Below are positions 32,805 through 37,704 of a DNA stretch of 37,704 nucleotides, one piece after another. The position numbers and the translations under genes are program-made. The stretch covers positions 1 to 37,704 of the forward strand of contig CACRCM010000001.1 of NCBI GenBank assembly GCA_902646575.1. Direction: 5' to 3'. The stretch is from an uncultured Wolbachia sp. (GTDB lineage: Bacteria > Pseudomonadota > Alphaproteobacteria > Rickettsiales > Anaplasmataceae). The notes under the pieces were generated by a model. It searched no databases. It saw only the letters and a program-made list of their open reading frames with translations, and had not been told where the DNA came from. Every line of letters starts with the position of its first letter. Positions within the stretch are counted from its first letter, which is position 1.

Positions 32805-32832
32805 TTGTATTAAGCTTTACCTTTGTTATAAT
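32805..32832 (+). promoter_or_regulatory. Putative sigma70 promoter for fbaB
   Basis: TTGTAT-N16-TATAAT, 27 nt before the ATG. Confidence 0.4.
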
Positions 32833-32859
32833 TTATAATTAATTTGAGTTATAGTAACA

Positions 32860-33756
32860 ATGAGTGATAAAGTAAAACAAATCCTAAGTTACTACGAAAG
32901 TGAAAACCCTGGGGTAAAAGCAAACCTCACTCGTATTCTCATGCATGGAAAACTTGGCGGAACTGGTAGATTAGTAATTCTCCCTGTAGACCAAGGGTTT
33001 GAACATGGACCAATTAAAAGCTTTGAAGTTAACCCTGATGCTTATGATCCGCATTATCATTTTCAACTTGCAGTTGATTCAGGAGTCAACGCATACGCTG
33101 CCCCGCTTGGTATGATTGAAGCTGGTGTTTCAACTTATGCTGGAATGCTACCACTTATCTTAAAACTCAATAGCTCGAACTCTTTACATTCTAAAAGCCT
33201 AACTTCCGATCAGGCAATCACTGCTTCTGTAAAAGATGCACTACGTTTAGGCTGCACAGCTGTTGGATTCACCATATATCCTGGTTCTGCTAAGTGCTTT
33301 GATATGATAGAAGAAGCCTGTGAAATCATAGCTGAAGCTAAATCTTATGGACTCGCAGTAATAATATGGTCTTATCCACGCGGTGAAGGAATTTCCAAAG
33401 AAGGTGAAACAGCAGTTGACGTTATTTCCTACGCTGCGCATGTAGCAGCTTTGCTTGGTGCCAACATAATAAAAGTAAAACTTCCAACTATCCACTTAGA
33501 AAAAGAAAAAATAAAGGTTGAAAATATTGATTCCTTATCTAAAAGGATTAAATATGTCAGAAAATCTTGCTTTGCAGGAAAAAGAATAATAGTTTTTTCT
33601 GGTGGTGAATCAAAATCAGCAAATGATATATATAATGAGGCAAGAGAAATTAAGCATGGTGGTGGTAATGGTTCAATCATTGGTCGCAACTCTTTTCAAA
33701 GAAAAAGAGAAGAGGCTTTATCTATGCTAAAAGATGTAATGGATATCTACGCATAA
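32860..33756 (+). CDS. fbaB: Class I fructose-bisphosphate aldolase (DhnA type; Wolbachia MLST fbpA locus)
   Basis: ILPVDQGFEHGP, GFTIYPGS, WSYPRG, Schiff-base IIKVKLP, VFSGG, GSIIGRNSFQR. Confidence 0.95.
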   Translation: MSDKVKQILSYYESENPGVKANLTRILMHGKLGGTGRLVILPVDQGFEHGPIKSFEVNPDAYDPHYHFQLAVDSGVNAYAAPLGMIEAGVSTYAGMLPLILKLNSSNSLHSKSLTSDQAITASVKDALRLGCTAVGFTIYPGSAKCFDMIEEACEIIAEAKSYGLAVIIWSYPRGEGISKEGETAVDVISYAAHVAALLGANIIKVKLPTIHLEKEKIKVENIDSLSKRIKYVRKSCFAGKRIIVFSGGESKSANDIYNEAREIKHGGGNGSIIGRNSFQRKREEALSMLKDVMDIYA

Positions 33757-33761
33757 AAATC

Positions 33762-33833
33762 GGCTGGGTGGCAGAATGGTTTATGCGGAGGATTGCAAAT
33801 CCTTTTATACCGGTTCAATTCCGGTCCTGGCCT
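33762..33833 (+). tRNA. tRNA-Cys(GCA)
   Basis: GGCTGGG acceptor pairing with CCTGGCC, anticodon arm GAGGA-TTGCAAA-TCCTT, T arm ACCGG-TTCAATT-CCGGT, discriminator U. CCA not encoded. Confidence 0.95.
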
Positions 33834-33933
33834 TTCTTGTTTTCTATATCTTGAAAAAACTACTTAATTTAACAATATTTTTAGTGACTAACTTACCTTA
33901 ACAAACCTAAGTCTATCTGGTTATGTATTGAGT

Positions 33934-34630
33934 TTAAAATCTCAATTCCTTTAGCAAGTTAATAATCTTGTCCCAATTTTGGTTTATAATTACCAAATTC
34001 TGTATTACACCCATTATAAGTTTACCAAAATGGAAGATAATATAACTTACTCGTTGCACTGACCACACCACTATTTTCAACAGAGAAATTGCTTGCTCAA
34101 AAGTTTTACTATATAACTTAAATTCAATAACTTCAGCGCATTTACTATTTTGCAAAGCATTAGCAACAACTACTTTAGATGTTAATTTTTCATTAATCAA
34201 CGCCATTTACAGGCAATTCAAAAAATATGTCTCCCTTGCTCGTACTATAATGTTTTTTCTTTACTTCCTAAAGCAACGATCTCGCACCATTAAGAAAACT
34301 ATAACATATCAATACTGCTTAAGAAAAATAATTCACTGTAATCACAACCAGAAATCATACCCTTTATAACATAATTACTTTCTTGAACACCAAGCCATTG
34401 ATTTCCAAAAAGATAGCCAGTGTTTCTATTAAATTCAGAAATTTTAATACCAAGCTATACCGCTTCATAATCTCAGTTGAAGCAGTACTGAACAACTTAA
34501 GTGCTCAGAGCTAAATTTTTTGAAGTCTCTCACTATCGAAATAATAAGAAGAATAAGATAATAGCAATAATAAATTTCGTGAAAAAAGCTTTTATCCATT
34601 ATTTACAAGTAAAATCAATGAGAACGCTTT
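33934..34630 (-). pseudogene. Degraded membrane-anchored helical protein (tentatively DUF2659/YfgM-like)
   Basis: N-terminal hydrophobic FFTKFIIAIILFFLLF, then KNLALST and broken frames. Residual 3' ORF 33934-34206 (VIEFKLYSKTFEQAISLLK). Family call is weak. Confidence 0.35.
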
Positions 34631-34699
34631 TTTAAAAATTACAACTATGCTTCCACAGCATTTTATGGTAGAAAATAAGCTGAAGAGTATCATTATAGA

Positions 34700-35743
34700 A
34701 TGACACTACATAACTTACTGTTCCTGTTGCCACCTGAAATTGCCCATTCCTTGGTAATCATGATTCTAAAAAAGATACCTTACAAAAAACCCATAGAACA
34801 CCTACCTGAGTCTTTAAACGTAAACTTCTTTGATAATAAACTTAAGAGCCCTGTAGGTCTTGCTGCAGGTTTTGATAAGAATGCGGAAGTTATAAGCTCT
34901 ATGCTCTCATTTGGTTTTGGGTTTGTTGAAGCTGGAACTGTAACTAAATACCCCCAATATGGAAATAAGAAGCCGAGAATCTTCCGGTTAACCCAAGATG
35001 AAGGAATAATCAATAGATTGGGATTTAACAATAAAGGAATAGGTTATTTTCTCAAACAAATAAACAAAATTAGGTTTGATAATTATATTTTTGGCATCAA
35101 TATAGGGAAAAATAGCATATCACAAAACAAAATCAGTGATTATGTTGACCTAATAAAGATGGTACATGGAAAAAGCAATTATATAGTGCTGAACATTTCA
35201 TCTCCAAATACACCCAATTTACGTAACTTGCACAATAAACAAGAATTATCAGAATTACTGAAATCCATAGCTCTAACCAGGCAGTCAATTAACAGTTCTA
35301 AATCTACCCCTATAATGCTAAAAATCTCACCAGATATAGATCAACAAACGAAAGAAAACATTGCTGAGCTTGTGTTAGAATACAAAATTGATGGCTTAGT
35401 AGTAAGCAACACTACAGTTAGTCGAGATAATCTGTACTTTCATTATAATGAGAGTGGTGGACTGAGCGGCAGGCCGTTGTTCAAACTTTCAACTGAGTTA
35501 TTGAGTGATATGTACAAACTTACCAAAGGCAAAATGTTATTGATAGGATGCGGAGGGATTTCAAGTGGTATTGATGCATACAAAAAAATAAAGGCAGGAG
35601 CATCTTTAGTACAACTATATACTGCTCTCATATATCACGGACCTCAAATCGTGAATAAAATCAATCTGGAGCTTGCAGAGCTAATAAGAAGAGATGGACT
35701 TAGCAATATCAGTGAGGCAGTAGGTTGTGATTGTGAGTTTTAG
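34700..35743 (+). CDS. pyrD: Quinone-dependent dihydroorotate dehydrogenase (class 2)
   Basis: PVGLAAGFDKN, INRLGFNN, NISSPNTPNLR, LKISPD, SNTT, GGLSGRP, GASLVQLYT. Confidence 0.97.
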   Translation: MTLHNLLFLLPPEIAHSLVIMILKKIPYKKPIEHLPESLNVNFFDNKLKSPVGLAAGFDKNAEVISSMLSFGFGFVEAGTVTKYPQYGNKKPRIFRLTQDEGIINRLGFNNKGIGYFLKQINKIRFDNYIFGINIGKNSISQNKISDYVDLIKMVHGKSNYIVLNISSPNTPNLRNLHNKQELSELLKSIALTRQSINSSKSTPIMLKISPDIDQQTKENIAELVLEYKIDGLVVSNTTVSRDNLYFHYNESGGLSGRPLFKLSTELLSDMYKLTKGKMLLIGCGGISSGIDAYKKIKAGASLVQLYTALIYHGPQIVNKINLELAELIRRDGLSNISEAVGCDCEF

Positions 35744-35824
35744 CAACTTTATTTTAATAGAATAAAACTGATTTTCTGATATAAAGGTATAAAATAGGAA
35801 GTGTTTCTTTCCAAGATAACAAAC

Positions 35825-36526
35825 ATGCAAAACTTAAACGACACTATATCCCAAATTATTAACTATAGGTTTAAAAACTATTCTATTCTAGAAGAAGCAT
35901 TAACTCACCCAAGCTTAAATAAACGGAACAGCAAAAATCAAATTGAAAATTACGAAAGGCTAGAGTTTCTAGGTGACAGTATTTTAAATATGGTTGTGTC
36001 TACCATACTATTTAAACTCTTTCCTGAAGAAAAAGAAGGGAGGCTGGCAAAACGAAAAACGGACTTAGTCTGTGGTAGTACTATTGCTAATGTTGCCAAA
36101 GTGATAAAATTAGGTGATTTTATTATCATGGATAACAGTGAGCGATGTAATGGAGGAAAATGCAACCTAAAAAATTTAGAAAACGCGCTTGAAGCACTAA
36201 TAGGTGCGATTTACATTGACGGCGGATTTAGAAATGTTGAAAGATTTGTTACCCAATATTGGGAAAAGCTAGCTAAATATATGCTCAACCCCCCTCAAGA
36301 TCCTAAAACCTCGCTACAAGAATGGACACAGAAAAATAAACTACCCTTACCAAAATATGAACTTAAAAAACAGATTGGACCAGCACATAATCCAGAATTT
36401 ACTATATCAGTTTACATAAAAAGTTATGGCAGAGTTTCTGCATGTGCTTCTAGCAAAAAGGCTGCCGAACAAAAAGCCGCCGAGTTAATGATAGGAAAAA
36501 TTAATAATGTAAGAAAACCAATTTAA
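35825..36526 (+). CDS. rnc: Ribonuclease III
   Basis: ALTHPS, NYERLEFLGDSIL, EALIGAIYID; dsRBD DPKTSLQEW...SKKAAEQKAA. Start is ATG 35825 or GTG 35801. Confidence 0.97.
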   Translation: MQNLNDTISQIINYRFKNYSILEEALTHPSLNKRNSKNQIENYERLEFLGDSILNMVVSTILFKLFPEEKEGRLAKRKTDLVCGSTIANVAKVIKLGDFIIMDNSERCNGGKCNLKNLENALEALIGAIYIDGGFRNVERFVTQYWEKLAKYMLNPPQDPKTSLQEWTQKNKLPLPKYELKKQIGPAHNPEFTISVYIKSYGRVSACASSKKAAEQKAAELMIGKINNVRKPI

Positions 36527-36619
36527 CTTAAGCAATCAACCTAAATCTCAAAGAAGCTAAAAAATAAGGTATTTCATTGCTTCTAGGTATGACACCACAC
36601 CATACTAGTTAGCCCAACG

Positions 36620-36691
36620 TGACTCTTACGGGATTTGAACCCGTGTTACCACCGTGAAAGAGTGATGTCCTAACCACTAGACGAAAGAGTC
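36620..36691 (-). tRNA. tRNA-Glu(TTC)
   Basis: Reverse complement GACTCTTTCGTCTAGTGGTTAGGACATCACTCTTTCACGGTGGTAACACGGGTTCAAATCCCGTAAGAGTCA folds as a cloverleaf with anticodon TTC. Confidence 0.95.
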
Positions 36692-36708
36692 AATATGCAA
36701 TTGACTGA

Positions 36709-36736
36709 ATTATATTGATTACTCATATAAAGTCAA
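36709..36736 (-). promoter_or_regulatory. Sigma70 promoter for tRNA-Glu
   Basis: Minus strand TTGACT-N16-TATAAT, ending 17 nt before the tRNA 5' end. Confidence 0.6.
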
Positions 36737-36964
36737 TTCAATTGTTTTATAGCAAAACAAAGAGTAAGACTACTTTTACAAGCTAACCTTGTTTTGTTGC
36801 ATAGCAAGTTAGCTTATAGCTAAGGTTATAAACAACTTACTGAAAATTCTGTTCTTTTACAATCAATTTAGTCAAATTTAAGAATAGTAATCCACTATTT
36901 ATATTAGTGGATTTAATTATATTAAAATAAAAATGGTTAATAAATTCTAAATTTTAATAACAAA

Positions 36965-37015
36965 CACTATATTATTCCAATTCTAAGACACTTGGAACAC
37001 TGTGTTCTAGTGCAG
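36965..37015. repeat. Possible heavily decayed WPE arm
   Basis: TATTATTCCAATTCTAAGACACTTGGAACAC with TTCCAA/TTGGAA arms. Confidence 0.35.
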
Positions 37016-37204
37016 AACTATCAAACCACAATATTCATGATATACATTGAGATGAATACTTCAAAAGTACGATATCAACTTTAATTATAAACTCATTTTG
37101 GTAATCTAAGTTACCTTAATTACATTTCTAGCTATAACTACAAATGTATAGACCCTTTATCCTATTGTTGCTACAATTAATATTTTGCTAAAAATTGAAT
37201 ATTA

Positions 37205-37704
37205 ATGAACGAACTAAGAAAGTTAAGCATCACAGAGATGCGTAATGGGCTCAATCGAAAAGATTTTTCCGCTGTTGAACTTACAGAGGTACATATCAAT
37301 GCAGTTGAAGATGAGAAATTAAATGCATTTGTAACAAAAACTCCAGAAATAGCAATAAAAGCCGCTAAAGCAGCAGATGAACATTTTTCAAAACAGAAAG
37401 ACGATACAACTCCACCGCTCATGGGCATACCAGTCGGGGTCAAAGATTTATTCTGCACAAAAGGAATAAAAACAACAGCATGTTCAAAAATGCTAGAAAA
37501 CTTCGTTCCTACTTATGAATCTACAGTATCTAAATTGCTTTTAAAAAGCGGAGCAGCCATGCTCGGTAAGCTGAACATGGATGAATTTGCTATGGGCTCC
37601 GCAAACACAAACAGCTGGTTTGGTCCTGTTGAAAATGTTTGGACTAGGAAAAGTGATGGGGAAAAGGTTGTACCTGGTGGATCATCTGGTGGATCTGCAT
37701 CAGC
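37205..37704 (+). CDS. gatA: Asp/Glu-tRNA(Asn/Gln) amidotransferase subunit A, 5' part (runs off the window end)
   Basis: Manual translation MNELRKLSITEMRNGLNRKDFSAVELT...PLMGIPVGVKDLFCTKG...GKLNMDEFAMGS...VPGGSSGGSAS (amidase signature). Confidence 0.95.
   Translation, partial: MNELRKLSITEMRNGLNRKDFSAVELTEVHINAVEDEKLNAFVTKTPEIAIKAAKAADEHFSKQKDDTTPPLMGIPVGVKDLFCTKGIKTTACSKMLENFVPTYESTVSKLLLKSGAAMLGKLNMDEFAMGSANTNSWFGPVENVWTRKSDGEKVVPGGSSGGSAS

Noticed and set aside
1997-34630. Alternative genetic code or stop read-through explaining the broken genes
   Set aside because: Lesions include frameshifts and all three stop codons, and intact genes end normally in TAA, TAG or TGA.
616-37458. Many short ORFs antisense or out of frame to real genes (e.g. 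616-807, 1000-1389, 6219-6455, 8137-8403, 24265-24660, 28641-28961, 33429-33689, 37177-37458)
   Set aside because: Shadow ORFs of well-supported housekeeping genes, with no motifs or RBS.

Overview
AT-rich chromosomal segment of a Wolbachia (Rickettsiales) endosymbiont. The heavy pseudogene load and absence of intact IS or prophage suggest a reduced, probably filarial-nematode-type strain (inference). Intact housekeeping genes: argB (partial), engB/yihA, prfA, alaS, ileS (type 2), miaB, gltX, pyrC, sdhA, priA, fbaB, pyrD, rnc, gatA (partial), tRNA-Cys and tRNA-Glu. Roughly 9 kb is decayed coding sequence: an MFS permease, a YhcG/DUF1016 nuclease, clpA and several membrane/effector-like genes. 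Main points of interest: (1) five in-frame insertions of Wolbachia palindromic element (WPE)-derived DNA translated inside AlaS (2), IleS (1) and PriA (2), one flanked by a perfect 9-bp direct repeat resembling a target-site duplication; (2) an ankyrin-repeat/transmembrane gene split by a single -1 frameshift at a poly(A) tract, with both halves otherwise open; (3) an intact 911-aa orphan membrane/coiled-coil protein. No CRISPR, phage or convincingly novel multi-gene system is visible. Pseudogene and repeat boundaries are approximate and family calls are from recalled motifs, not searches.
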